From positions 49,007 through 113,006 of the forward strand of contig PBHZ01000002.1 of assembly GCA_002719615.1 (NCBI GenBank): a stretch of 64,000 nucleotides of DNA, written 5' to 3'. Position 1 is the first letter of the stretch. The number at the start of each line of letters is the position of its first letter. The position numbers and the translations under genes were made by a program. Positions 47,715-57,157 of the stretch are shown here, one piece after another. The DNA is from Methanobacteriota archaeon (lineage in GTDB: Archaea > Thermoplasmatota > Poseidoniia > Poseidoniales > Thalassarchaeaceae). Under the pieces are notes generated by a model. The model worked only from the letters and a program-made list of their open reading frames with translations. It was not told the origin of the DNA and searched no databases.

Positions 47715-48043
47715 CTCTTAGAAATATTTTTTAAAGCAATTATTTTATTTGAGAACCACCATGAATCTATAATTGACCAGATGTATAGTATTGGCCAAAG
47801 TAGTACAGTTAATATCAATGGTAATTGTATTAGAGTCCAACCAAATGCTTTGTTATGATGGCCATTGAAATGTTGGCCTAGATAAACGAAGGGAACTAGT
47901 GAAACAAGTACGGAAAAAATAGGTCTAAAAGCCCCCCAAGGGCCAACTCCCCCACTCAATTCATGCCATATTACCCTCATTACACCTAGACGACTGACAT
48001 CCTCATCTTCGGTTTCAACGGTGACTGCGTATTCCTCTGCCAC
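47711..48043 (-). CDS. Hypothetical small membrane protein (110 aa, about 2-3 TM helices)
   Basis: Hydrophobic segments IFSVLVSLVPFVYLG and LIQLPLILTVLLWPILYIWSII. Its stop codon overlaps the stop of 47241-47714 within the palindrome TTAA. Confidence 0.5.
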   Translation of the reverse strand: MAEEYAVTVETEDEDVSRLGVMRVIWHELSGGVGPWGAFRPIFSVLVSLVPFVYLGQHFNGHHNKAFGWTLIQLPLILTVLLWPILYIWSIIDSWWFSNKIIALKNISKS

Positions 48044-48104
48044 ATCAAAGCCTACAAGTCTTCAGCAATCAATTTAACGTAATAAAAACATACTAATGAG
48101 TCAT

Positions 48105-48629
48105 TCACTCTTCTTCCCATGATGTCGAAATAGTCGGATTGCCAAATTTATCAAACCACTCCACTGGTTCACCTCTTCTATTCATGGCTAAATCATCTTT
48201 AACTTGTCGAGGAATTTCCTCTCTGCCAGGATGCCAAGTTTCATCCTCAAGCCATATTTCTAAGTTTTCTTTTTCTATTTCGATATCCATTGTTCCTCCC
48301 AACGGTTTTTCATCAATTACAAATGATACTTTACCCTTTATTGCAGCTTGCCTAGATATTGAGAAACTTGTCTTATTAACATTGATATTCATAGTCATTG
48401 CATCAAAAGCTGTGTCTAGTATCCTCTGAGAAGTGATAGATTGCATGAAAATATCTATTGAATCAGAATTACCACTTACCTCAATAGTTTCTCTTTTAGT
48501 AGGAAAAAGCTCCTTTTTTAGGATTTTATTAGGTTTCCAATCTGGAAATATATTATTTATGGAACAAATGACTTTCTCTGCATCTTCGTGTGGTTGAATT
48601 TTTGTAGAGACTTTTATCGTGTATGCCAT
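48105..48629 (-). CDS. Possible UPF0201/COG1931-type predicted RNA-binding protein
   Basis: The N-terminal pattern YTIKVSTKIQPHEDAEKVICSINNIFP resembles the v.v.a.v.PTED.eKV..A..N.FP signature I recall for this archaeal family. The ORF is open to 48647; I prefer Met at 48629. Confidence 0.45.
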   Translation of the reverse strand: MAYTIKVSTKIQPHEDAEKVICSINNIFPDWKPNKILKKELFPTKRETIEVSGNSDSIDIFMQSITSQRILDTAFDAMTMNINVNKTSFSISRQAAIKGKVSFVIDEKPLGGTMDIEIEKENLEIWLEDETWHPGREEIPRQVKDDLAMNRRGEPVEWFDKFGNPTISTSWEEE

Positions 48630-48718
48630 GATAATACCAGAAGGCATTAGGCCATATTATTATCTATCAAGGCCACATTTACGCGAATACTTCAAACCAT
48701 AAATTATGAGGCAGGTCT

Positions 48719-49447
48719 ATGGCAGAACGTTCATCCTTAATGTCCCTCGCTCTTTTATTGGCGCCAATTTTCTGTCTAACTGCTTTGAGAACTATCTTAC
48801 CTGCTTTAGATGGAGTACTTTCAGATGACACGTTGTCAAAATTATTTGCATATGGTTTTTCACTATTTGTAGGTTTTTTGATGGTTCTAAAATACAATAT
48901 TATCGAAGATCATGAATATCATCGCTCAAAAGCAATACGTAAACTTTCGAACTCGTATAAATTAGAGGACAAAGGATTATGGGAAGATAGTGATTCCACA
49001 ATAAGAGAGTTAGAACTGAAAGCCAAGAGCAATTTCAAAGGTAAGAATGCTTTAAAATCTGAAAAGTTAATGAAGGGACAGATTGGAAATATCAATAATG
49101 AAAAATATGATGATAATTCACTGAACTATTTTGAAAAAAATCTAGAAATATTGCCTGATAAAGAAATTTTTGAAGAAAATGATCATGGAGATACAAAAAC
49201 AACTTTATTTTCAAAATTCAAATCAATATTGGATAAGGTTATTGATAATGCTGCATTAAGAGAGATAGACAAAAGTAAAAATAATATCAAACCGAAATTA
49301 TATTCAGAACCTGATATTGCCCTAGATGATAAATGGAATACATCAGGGTTAAAGAGAATCAACAAAGTAGTAACATGTAATTCTTGTCATTCGTTGAATG
49401 ATGGGGAAACAAATTATTGCGGAGCTTGTGGTAATTATCTTTCTTGA
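48719..49447 (+). CDS. Membrane protein with C-terminal zinc ribbon (242 aa)
   Basis: Two N-terminal hydrophobic helices (LMSLALLLAPIFCLTAL, FAYGFSLFVGFLMVL), a Lys/Asn/Glu-rich linker, and a terminal CNSCHSLNDGETNYCGACGNYL (CxxC...CxxC). Confidence 0.55.
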   Translation: MAERSSLMSLALLLAPIFCLTALRTILPALDGVLSDDTLSKLFAYGFSLFVGFLMVLKYNIIEDHEYHRSKAIRKLSNSYKLEDKGLWEDSDSTIRELELKAKSNFKGKNALKSEKLMKGQIGNINNEKYDDNSLNYFEKNLEILPDKEIFEENDHGDTKTTLFSKFKSILDKVIDNAALREIDKSKNNIKPKLYSEPDIALDDKWNTSGLKRINKVVTCNSCHSLNDGETNYCGACGNYLS

Positions 49448-49496
49448 AAAGGGAACGGTTGAAAAAAGTCGGTGTTTAGGAGAGGTTGGGATTCAT

Positions 49497-50642
49497 ATGG
49501 TAGATAAGCGTGATTACTATGAAATTCTTGGTATTTCCAAGGAATCTAGTGAATCCGAAATCAAAAAAGCATTTCGGAGTCTTGCTAGGAAATTCCATCC
49601 TGATAAAAATCCTGATGACCCCAGTGCTGAAAATAAGTTCAAGGAGATTCAAGAAGCATATGCTATTCTATCAAATCCAGAAGAAAGACGAAAATATGAC
49701 ACCTATGGACACAACAGGCCTGGAGGTTCTCCATTTGGCCCAGGAGGCTTTCAAGGAGTCAATATCAATATCGATGATTTATTTGGAGGGGGCTTTGAGA
49801 GTATTTTTGGACAAATTTTTGGTAACTCCCGATCCAACAATCGTAGAAAAAAAGGAGGTGATTTACTTGTCAGGCATACAGTTCCATTTCAATCTGTATA
49901 TGATGGACTCGAGGATGAACTAGAAATTGAAGCCTTAACGTCATGTAACAATTGTAATGGTAGTGGTTCCAGAGATCCTAATGGCACCAGATCCTGTCCA
50001 TCTTGTAACGGAAGAGGAAGAGTTCAAAGAATAGAAAGAGTAGGTCCTTTTGCACAACAAGTGGTTTCTGATTGTCCATCTTGTAATGCATTAGGAACTA
50101 TAGTAACTAACCCTTGTAAAACCTGTAATGGCGCTGGGAACTCTTATCAAAATAAAAAAATAAAATTTTCTGTCCCTCCCGGAATTGCATCAGGAAATAG
50201 AATAAAAATTTCTGGCCAAGGAGAACCCCCTCGAGGCAACATCGGAGAAAATGGAAACTTATTTATTGAGATAGAAGTTTTAGATCACCCATGGTTTGAA
50301 AGAGATGGAGCAGATATTTTAATGGCGTTACCTGTTAATTATGCAGATCTACTATTGGGAACTACCGTTACAATACCTCATATTGATGGTAAAGAACTCC
50401 AAATAAAAATACCTCCAAATTCCAAACCTGGAGATACAATAGCATTACCAAGACGTGGTTTGCCACACATGAGATCAAGTAGAGGAAGAGGATCAGTTAC
50501 CGTATTGTTGAAACTAGAAATTCCAAAAAAGATTTCTAGGTCTTTAAAAAATAAATTAAAAGAATTAAAATCTGATATTAGTAACTCTCAATCTCTCGAA
50601 GATAGTATAATTGAAGAGGCCAATAATCGTAGAGGAAAATAA
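49497..50642 (+). CDS. dnaJ: Chaperone DnaJ (Hsp40, type I)
   Basis: J-domain DYYEILGISKESSESEIKKAFRSLARKFHPDKN, a G/F-rich region, and four CxxCxGxG zinc-finger repeats (CNNCNGSG, CPSCNGRG, CPSCNALG, CKTCNGAG). SD-like AGGAGAGG lies upstream of ATG 49497. Confidence 0.93.
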   Translation: MVDKRDYYEILGISKESSESEIKKAFRSLARKFHPDKNPDDPSAENKFKEIQEAYAILSNPEERRKYDTYGHNRPGGSPFGPGGFQGVNINIDDLFGGGFESIFGQIFGNSRSNNRRKKGGDLLVRHTVPFQSVYDGLEDELEIEALTSCNNCNGSGSRDPNGTRSCPSCNGRGRVQRIERVGPFAQQVVSDCPSCNALGTIVTNPCKTCNGAGNSYQNKKIKFSVPPGIASGNRIKISGQGEPPRGNIGENGNLFIEIEVLDHPWFERDGADILMALPVNYADLLLGTTVTIPHIDGKELQIKIPPNSKPGDTIALPRRGLPHMRSSRGRGSVTVLLKLEIPKKISRSLKNKLKELKSDISNSQSLEDSIIEEANNRRGK

Positions 50643-52742
50643 CTATTCTTCTTCCCAATTTATTGTTTTATTTGAAGCGGCTGCAACAGATTCTCCATTT
50701 ACTAATCCAGAAATTTGAAAATTCATATTTGTTGGTTTATTTTTCAATCCAATCTTTAGGAAAAGATTACTTTTGGGTTTTAGACTATCCAAATAAATTT
50801 CATCTTCTTGAAAAATCTTTTCTGGAGCAATAGTATCTATTCTTACCATTTCTCCCTCGGATGAATATATTCTAATTGCTGCCAAATTCCATGCGTGCCT
50901 GTTTATCTTAATCCCAAGTAAAATATCTAAATTGCTTATCTTCCATAGGTATATCTCTAGATTATCTGTAATATGCCTGAGGGCGGGTTTACCCCATTCT
51001 TGTATCACCGAATCCCATGGACTATCTCCAAGTTGATGTAATGATGAAAGAATTATTTCTTTATCTATTTTTTTTTCTATCCTATCCTTTAATTTATTCA
51101 ACATTATTAATTCATGTTGCTCAATATGCATACTATTCTTATCGCCCTTAAATAAAGTATTTCTATTCCACCAAATTACAATAATCATTGGCGTTAGAAA
51201 CATCACTCCAGCAATTATATAGAAGTTGGTAAACAATCTAGATAAATCTTCTAATTCTCTATTCTCAATCTGGTATTGTCTAATTTCTGGTGCTTTGAAA
51301 TGATAATTTATGAGTTCCGAGCTACTATTATTTTTTTCAATTCGAATTGCATGAATTCCTTGTGGAGCAATTATCAAAGTCTGATCAGTAGAATTAATTA
51401 TCGCTCCACTAGTTTGATTCAGTATTAAAATTTTGAAACTTACTCCTCCTCCAGTATTATTGAAATAAACCTTTGAACCATTCTCATCTGTAACTTCAAA
51501 GGCAAAAATATCTATGTAATCCTGAATCCCTAAATTTCCAGAATATTCTCCCATTCCTGAATCTACTAATTCCCAACGTTCGTCCCTTGTTTCTGGTTGC
51601 CAGATAAAATCGGGAGCATCTCCTAAACTCTTCCCATCTCCGTAATAATCAGTGTTTATTCTTATCGACCATGGTTGTGTAAAATTCGATTTTATTCTAA
51701 ACTCGATTGAGATTGTCAAATATGTCGAATTTATTGTTTCAGGACAAGAACTTATATTTTCTAAATATTTCATTTCAACAGAATTTATTTCATGAATAAT
51801 GATATCCAATATGAAATCATTAGGAAAATGACAAATGGGCTTTATAGACATCTTAGAACCTAGTTCTATTAGTACAGAATCACCTTCTGTATCTGAAGCA
51901 GCAATGTGTCCATGATAAGTATCGTTGAACACTAAGGCATCCCCATGTGTCCATGGATTTGTCAACTCCCTCAAGTCTAAGGATTCTCTATTTGCATCAT
52001 ATCTTACAATTTCGAATTCATATGTAGAATATTCCGATTCAACCGATGAAATCACTCTTAGCCATAGTTCACCTTCTGGATATTCAAAAAAGTATTCAGT
52101 ATCATGCCCAGAAATTATGCTTCCTATTCGCTCTTTTATTTCATTATTCCTCATCCATATTTCTATTTCCATTCCACTAGAAGATCTAAAATTTGGTAAT
52201 AATAACACATCTCCTTCATTTCCTACTATCCTTACCGCATCCTTGTCATTAGGGGATTCTAAAGCGCCAGCAAAAACAACTCCTTCTGTCTCAAGATTGT
52301 TTGATTGGCAACGATTCATTTGGCATGGTGAAAATGTTTCTATCTCTTCGAAATCTTCTTGTTGACTCGGAGAAGGTACTATGTCGGGCAAATCACCTTT
52401 CTCGCTCCATATTTCGCTACTAATTATGGAGTCAAATTTAATCAATTCTTTACTAATACCCTCTTCTAATAGTAATTGCCATGAAATATTTCCTTCAACT
52501 ACTCCCTCCCATTCTACACTGTGTGGATCTGAATTTGTATGAATTAAACCACTATTATTTACGATTAATTCCATCCCTTGACATGCAGTTTGTTCACAAT
52601 TATATTCTATCCAAACAGGACCAGTCGTATTTATCGAATCACTAAAAATTTCTATCTTTTCTTCACTTTGGGCATTCACTCCTACTAAAGTATATGATAT
52701 TGCTAAAATAATAGTCAAAACACACGCCGCTACTCTTCTCAC
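50643..52742 (-). CDS. Type-I membrane protein (699 aa): signal peptide, extracellular region with PPC/pre-peptidase-like beta modules, one TM, about 170-aa cytoplasmic domain
   Basis: Signal AACVLTIILAISYTLVGVNA. PPC-like D-x-D-containing segments (SPNDKDAVRIVGNEGDVLLL, ASDTEGDSVLIELG, IQDYIDIFAFEVTDENG). TM FYIIAGVMFLTPMIIVIWW. Confidence 0.75.
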   Translation of the reverse strand: MRRVAACVLTIILAISYTLVGVNAQSEEKIEIFSDSINTTGPVWIEYNCEQTACQGMELIVNNSGLIHTNSDPHSVEWEGVVEGNISWQLLLEEGISKELIKFDSIISSEIWSEKGDLPDIVPSPSQQEDFEEIETFSPCQMNRCQSNNLETEGVVFAGALESPNDKDAVRIVGNEGDVLLLPNFRSSSGMEIEIWMRNNEIKERIGSIISGHDTEYFFEYPEGELWLRVISSVESEYSTYEFEIVRYDANRESLDLRELTNPWTHGDALVFNDTYHGHIAASDTEGDSVLIELGSKMSIKPICHFPNDFILDIIIHEINSVEMKYLENISSCPETINSTYLTISIEFRIKSNFTQPWSIRINTDYYGDGKSLGDAPDFIWQPETRDERWELVDSGMGEYSGNLGIQDYIDIFAFEVTDENGSKVYFNNTGGGVSFKILILNQTSGAIINSTDQTLIIAPQGIHAIRIEKNNSSSELINYHFKAPEIRQYQIENRELEDLSRLFTNFYIIAGVMFLTPMIIVIWWNRNTLFKGDKNSMHIEQHELIMLNKLKDRIEKKIDKEIILSSLHQLGDSPWDSVIQEWGKPALRHITDNLEIYLWKISNLDILLGIKINRHAWNLAAIRIYSSEGEMVRIDTIAPEKIFQEDEIYLDSLKPKSNLFLKIGLKNKPTNMNFQISGLVNGESVAAASNKTINWEEE

Positions 52743-52804
52743 GTTTTATCGAAAGACTCTTTACATTAGAATCCTTCAAGCGAAATGTATCACTCGTAGT
52801 TAAT

Positions 52805-54589
52805 ATGGTGGCGCGCCCCTTGGCTCGTGGTGTAGATTCTCGAGTGCGTTTTTCTCGTATTTTTTCACTAGGGGATAGGAAGAATCCCACTTCATGGACT
52901 CCTGCTATAATTTTGAATGAAGATGACCCAACTCTCCCTGTTTCATTAGCTCCCTTTATTTCATACAGGGATTCTACATCTTTACCTGCCAATATTTCTA
53001 TTACTACACGGGGTAAATTTTGTTATCCATTTGATTCTGTGGATACATGGTCTTCAGTTGAAGGATTAACTCTACCTCCGAGCCTAGTAGATTCTGATTC
53101 AGGTAAATTAAGTATATGTGGCGAAATATTGCTAGTTTCTTGGCAGTCACTACATCATGACAAATCTCTTCTCAATGACGAAATTGACCCTTCCATAGTT
53201 ATTTTAGTTGATTCTCCGCAACTTGTACAGACTCAAGGCTTGTTAGTTGACGCTATAGATTCTATAAGAATCAGATTCCCTTCTTCTTTAATTTGGACTC
53301 CTGGTATTGGCGGGCCAGATAACTGTGCTCTACTATCATGGTTAGGTGTTGATTTGTTTGATTTATCTCGTTCTAGAAGTGCAGCCTCCCTAAATATTCT
53401 TCTCACTACTTTAGGGCCTAGGGAAGTGGACAATTCAATGAATGAAGTGGCAGATATGAAAGCTCAATGTGAAGAATGGAGAAAATCAATTTCTGCGACT
53501 AGGGCAGCAATAAGGGATGGTTCTCTGAGGGAATTAGTAGAAAAACAAAGCCTTTCTAGTCCTAGATCTGTTGAAAGGCTCAGAATTCATGATATGAAAA
53601 TCAGCAATCAACAGGGAGAAAGAACTGGACTTTCAAGAATATTGGGAAATAAAGCTAGATTGCGTTGTAATTCCTTTACTAGTCGCTCAGATCCTTTAAT
53701 TCAAGATTGGCATAAGAGAATCTCTTTTGATCATACTCCTCCTTCTCATCAAACGACGGTACTAGTCTTATTACCTTGTTCAGCAACTAAGCCTTACAGG
53801 CTTTCACAAAGCCATCAAAGGTTCTCCAAATCTATCAATTCAAGAGGCGTTCACGAAGTCATGGTAACTGCACCATTGGGTCTTGTTCCTAGGGAACTAG
53901 AAGATATCTGGCCTGCAAGTAATTATGATATTCCTGTGACAGGAGAATGGGATGTAGATGAGTTAAGAATCATAAAAGAAATACTTTTTAATTTAGTCAG
54001 CAGAATAGGTTATTCAAGGATAATTAATCACTCTGGAATAGATTTTGGTGAATGTGAAGTAGAAATTATTGATACTAGGAAAGATTTTTCTGCTGGCTCT
54101 AATGAAGCCCTTTCAATGCTTAATGAAGAGATAAATAAGGCTGTAGAGGACTTTAAATTACCAAAAATAAAAGAAAATATCCATCGCTTAGAGAAGCTTA
54201 AATCACTTTCTAGATTCCAACATGGAAGTGATTTATGGTTAGAGGGTACAAAAGTTGAAGGCCGTCCTCCAATTTTTACCATAAAAAAAGACGGGCTACA
54301 GTTAGCCCAATGGAATCCCAGAAGTGGTAGATTCGCGTTTTCCAAATCCTGTCTCAAAATTCTTGACAAACATGATACTCTTCCAAGAGTTTTTTTATAT
54401 CAGGATCATTCTTGGAAAGGAGACCTTTTTTCTACCAATGTTAGCAGTAAAAGTGGGGAAATTAGACGTGGAGACGAAGTACTAGTTTTTCAAAATAGTC
54501 GACTAATTGGTTCAGCAAGAGCTGAAGCGCCAGGTTGGGAATGGCCAAATGGGCCAGGAAGATTAGGTAAAGCTCAACACCGCCTTTGA
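52805..54589 (+). CDS. arcS: Archaeosine synthase ArcS-like protein (TGT-like N-domain, DUF5591-type core, C-terminal PUA)
   Basis: LLPCSATKPYRLSQSH (PCxxxKPY signature of the ArcS/DUF5591 core). C-terminal PUA-like RRGDEVLVFQNSRLIGSARAEAPGWEW. Length of 594 aa is typical. Confidence 0.7.
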   Translation: MVARPLARGVDSRVRFSRIFSLGDRKNPTSWTPAIILNEDDPTLPVSLAPFISYRDSTSLPANISITTRGKFCYPFDSVDTWSSVEGLTLPPSLVDSDSGKLSICGEILLVSWQSLHHDKSLLNDEIDPSIVILVDSPQLVQTQGLLVDAIDSIRIRFPSSLIWTPGIGGPDNCALLSWLGVDLFDLSRSRSAASLNILLTTLGPREVDNSMNEVADMKAQCEEWRKSISATRAAIRDGSLRELVEKQSLSSPRSVERLRIHDMKISNQQGERTGLSRILGNKARLRCNSFTSRSDPLIQDWHKRISFDHTPPSHQTTVLVLLPCSATKPYRLSQSHQRFSKSINSRGVHEVMVTAPLGLVPRELEDIWPASNYDIPVTGEWDVDELRIIKEILFNLVSRIGYSRIINHSGIDFGECEVEIIDTRKDFSAGSNEALSMLNEEINKAVEDFKLPKIKENIHRLEKLKSLSRFQHGSDLWLEGTKVEGRPPIFTIKKDGLQLAQWNPRSGRFAFSKSCLKILDKHDTLPRVFLYQDHSWKGDLFSTNVSSKSGEIRRGDEVLVFQNSRLIGSARAEAPGWEWPNGPGRLGKAQHRL

Positions 54590-54665
54590 TGTATTTTATC
54601 TGCATTTATATCCGTAGCGATTAAAGAGGAAGGGTTAGTCGCACGCTTGTCTAAGGTGGTTATGA

Positions 54666-55121
54666 ATGGCACGCATGCACAGCAATGGTAAAGGAAGTAG
54701 CGGCTCAAAGAAGCCCGATTCCTCTGCGCCTTCTCCTTGGTCAAATAGTGACAAGAAAGAAGTGGAGAAGTTAATAGTCGAACTTTCAAATGCTGGAAAT
54801 TCTAATGCTTCTATTGGCACCATCTTAAGAGATCGCTATGCAGTACCTGATGTAAGATTACTGATGGGGGAAAGAATTTCAAAAATTCTTTCAAGAAATG
54901 ATATCACCAATACATATCCTGAAGATATGATGAATTTAATGCGTCGAGCTCTGGGACTAATTGACCATTTGAATAATAATTCTAAAGATTTACATAATCG
55001 AAGACAGTTAGCATTATGTGAATCAAAAATACGTCGATTATCTCGTTATTACAAGAGAAAGGGTACTCTTCCTGACTCATGGACATACAAAAGAGATCAA
55101 TTAAGACTAATGGTAGAATAA
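54666..55121 (+). CDS. rps15: 30S ribosomal protein S15 (uS15, archaeal S15P/S13e form)
   Basis: MARMHSNGKGSSGSKKP N-terminus and ...DLHNRRQLALCESKIRRLSRYYKRKGTLP C-terminal helix-rich domain. SD-like AAGGTGG upstream. Confidence 0.93.
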   Translation: MARMHSNGKGSSGSKKPDSSAPSPWSNSDKKEVEKLIVELSNAGNSNASIGTILRDRYAVPDVRLLMGERISKILSRNDITNTYPEDMMNLMRRALGLIDHLNNNSKDLHNRRQLALCESKIRRLSRYYKRKGTLPDSWTYKRDQLRLMVE

Positions 55122-55157
55122 TTTTTAATAGAAGTTTTCATTTACTTTTTCTACCTC

Positions 55158-56024
55158 GTGATTATGATGTATGATTTACTTCAGGACGATTTATTTTCTT
55201 CTGTTTCTGATATTTTCCTGGAGTTTTCATCTCTTGTAAAAAAATCTAGACAAAAAATATTTTTATTTGCACCTCCTACTTTACATGGTGCATTAGCATT
55301 AATTCCTCTTGAAGCCGCATTATTAGATGAAAATATCCCTTATCGCCGGTCATTTTCTGAAGATAATAAAACCAGTTTCCCTTGTATAAATATTTTAAAA
55401 AAAGATATTCTATTAGGTTCTTATCTAGAAAATAATAGTTCTAACCTTACTATCTCGAGTAAAATAGTCAATGGACTAAGTGGGGCACATGGTGATCGTA
55501 AACAAGGTCCATTGAATTCAATATTACAATCGCATGCACTTGCGCAGACCATATCTCCTTCCAGTTCTAGATTGAAGTATTTACGACCATGGGCTTTATC
55601 AGGCAGTTGGATTGATGCTTCATTGGATAATACATATGATCCAGTTTTTTCAAAAATTAAAGAAATTCTGGTAAACGAGGGAACTATCAAAATAGTTCCC
55701 GTAACAGAAGTTAAAAAACCATATATGGAAAATTACAGTTGGATTGATGAAACAGCTCTGACTAACTTGTCTATTTCTTGGGATGAACTCGATATTGAGA
55801 ATAAATCAGTTTTAATTTCAAATCTAGTAAAACCAGTATTGAATAAATCCTTACCATCTACTGCTCGTATTGAGGAACTAGTTTGGAATTGTGTAGTTGG
55901 TAATGATTGGCAGACTGACTTGGCAGGTCAATTATCAATATTGGAGAAAAGTTGGCATCTAAAAGATGGGAGATTACATGCTAGCAATTTGATAGAAAAA
56001 TTATTGATAAGAGGGTATCTATGA
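55158..56024 (+). CDS. Hypothetical protein (288 aa) directly downstream of rps15
   Basis: ORF begins 37 nt after rps15 on the same strand. No catalytic motif recognised. The N-terminus has DHH-domain-like spacing but lacks the Asp/His motifs. Confidence 0.6.
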   Translation: MIMMYDLLQDDLFSSVSDIFLEFSSLVKKSRQKIFLFAPPTLHGALALIPLEAALLDENIPYRRSFSEDNKTSFPCINILKKDILLGSYLENNSSNLTISSKIVNGLSGAHGDRKQGPLNSILQSHALAQTISPSSSRLKYLRPWALSGSWIDASLDNTYDPVFSKIKEILVNEGTIKIVPVTEVKKPYMENYSWIDETALTNLSISWDELDIENKSVLISNLVKPVLNKSLPSTARIEELVWNCVVGNDWQTDLAGQLSILEKSWHLKDGRLHASNLIEKLLIRGYL

Positions 56025-56027
56025 AAA

Positions 56028-57080
56028 TTATTCACCGACATTAAATCTCTGATAAACTTCATTCGTGGTTTGAGTTACTCTAATGAAAGTAGTACATTTA
56101 GGTAAATCTTTGATTCTTCTTGCGCCAACATAGGAACAAGCAGATCTTAAACCCCCTAATATCGATTGAATAGTATCTTCCATCGGGCCTCTGTATGGAA
56201 CCCGAACTTCTTTACCTTCAGGTGCCCTGTGTTTGGCAATTTCTCCATAATGTGTTTCCATTGCTTTTGCCGATGACATTCCGTAAAATGATTTGTATAT
56301 TTTACCATTCCCTTCTTCGACTATTTCTCCTCCGGACTCATCGTGCCCGGCAAACATTCCTCCCAACATTACAAAATCTGCACCTGCAGCGAAGGCCTTT
56401 GCAACATCTCCTGGGGACGAGCATCCTCCGTCAGCCATAACATGGCCCAGTAATCCATGTGCTGCATCAGCACATTCAGATATTGCAGACAATTGTGGAT
56501 AACCTACACCCGCTACTTTCCTTGTAGTACATACAGAGCCAGGTCCAATTCCAACCTTTACTATATCAGCACCTGCAAGAATCAATGCTTCAGTCATTTC
56601 TCTTGTTGCAACATTTCCTGCGATAATTATCTTAGAAGGAAATTCTTCTCTGACTCTTTTTACAAATTCAAGAAAAATTTCTCTATAACCATTTGCAACA
56701 TCTATGCATATCATTTTTAGATTTTTATTAGTTGCTACCTTTCTCCTAACGAGATCAAAACTATTTTCGGTTGATCCGCATGTTATTGCAATATATTCTG
56801 GGTCAATTCCTTGTTCCCATGCTTCTGAATACTCTTTTGTGGAATAAAATTTTTGAGTACAAGTTAGCATTTTGTATTTTTGTAAAATTTTTGCGACAGA
56901 GAATAATCCGGTGGTATCCATGTTTGCAGATACTATTGGTACGCCACACCATTTTTCATCCGAATGTCGAAAACTAAATTCACGTTCTAAATTAACATCT
57001 GATCTAGAAACAAGGGTACTGCGCTTCGGTCTTATTAATACATCATTAAAAGTTAGCTTAATATCTTGTTCTATACGCAT
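56028..57080 (-). CDS. guaC: GMP reductase (bacterial GuaC type, IMPDH/GMPR family)
   Basis: Collinear by eye with E. coli GuaC from the first residue: [98 protein letters not shown]. The canonical N-terminus is at ATG 57080 (ORF open to 57110). Confidence 0.93.
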   Translation of the reverse strand: MRIEQDIKLTFNDVLIRPKRSTLVSRSDVNLEREFSFRHSDEKWCGVPIVSANMDTTGLFSVAKILQKYKMLTCTQKFYSTKEYSEAWEQGIDPEYIAITCGSTENSFDLVRRKVATNKNLKMICIDVANGYREIFLEFVKRVREEFPSKIIIAGNVATREMTEALILAGADIVKVGIGPGSVCTTRKVAGVGYPQLSAISECADAAHGLLGHVMADGGCSSPGDVAKAFAAGADFVMLGGMFAGHDESGGEIVEEGNGKIYKSFYGMSSAKAMETHYGEIAKHRAPEGKEVRVPYRGPMEDTIQSILGGLRSACSYVGARRIKDLPKCTTFIRVTQTTNEVYQRFNVGE

Positions 57081-57157
57081 CCAGACCTTAATTATCGAAT
57101 GTACAAGCACTTAAGATTCTTCTGAAAGAGTTTGATATTAATTTTGATAAATTTTTT

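Noticed and set aside
48679-48897. 72-aa minus-strand ORF overlapping the 5' part of the zinc-ribbon membrane-protein gene
   Set aside because: The plus-strand ORF is longer, has an SD-like sequence, TM helices and a terminal zinc ribbon. The minus-strand ORF has no features. The assignment remains moderately uncertain.
51925-52365. 146-aa plus-strand ORF inside the 699-aa membrane-protein gene. Similar shadows occur at 48139-48429, 49510-49923, 56195-57114, 59338-59685 and 54028-54369.
   Set aside because: All are nested antisense or out-of-frame within longer ORFs that have recognisable domains or signal/TM architecture. They show the typical low-complexity composition of shadow ORFs.
52663-52992. 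109-aa minus-strand ORF spanning the divergent spacer between the 699-aa gene and arcS
   Set aside because: It overlaps the 5' ends of both better-supported genes and the promoter spacer, has no motif, and is most likely spurious.
54574-54823. Two short minus-strand ORFs (71 and 62 aa) across the arcS end and rps15 start
   Set aside because: They are antisense to a highly conserved ribosomal protein gene and its SD/promoter region, so they are judged spurious.
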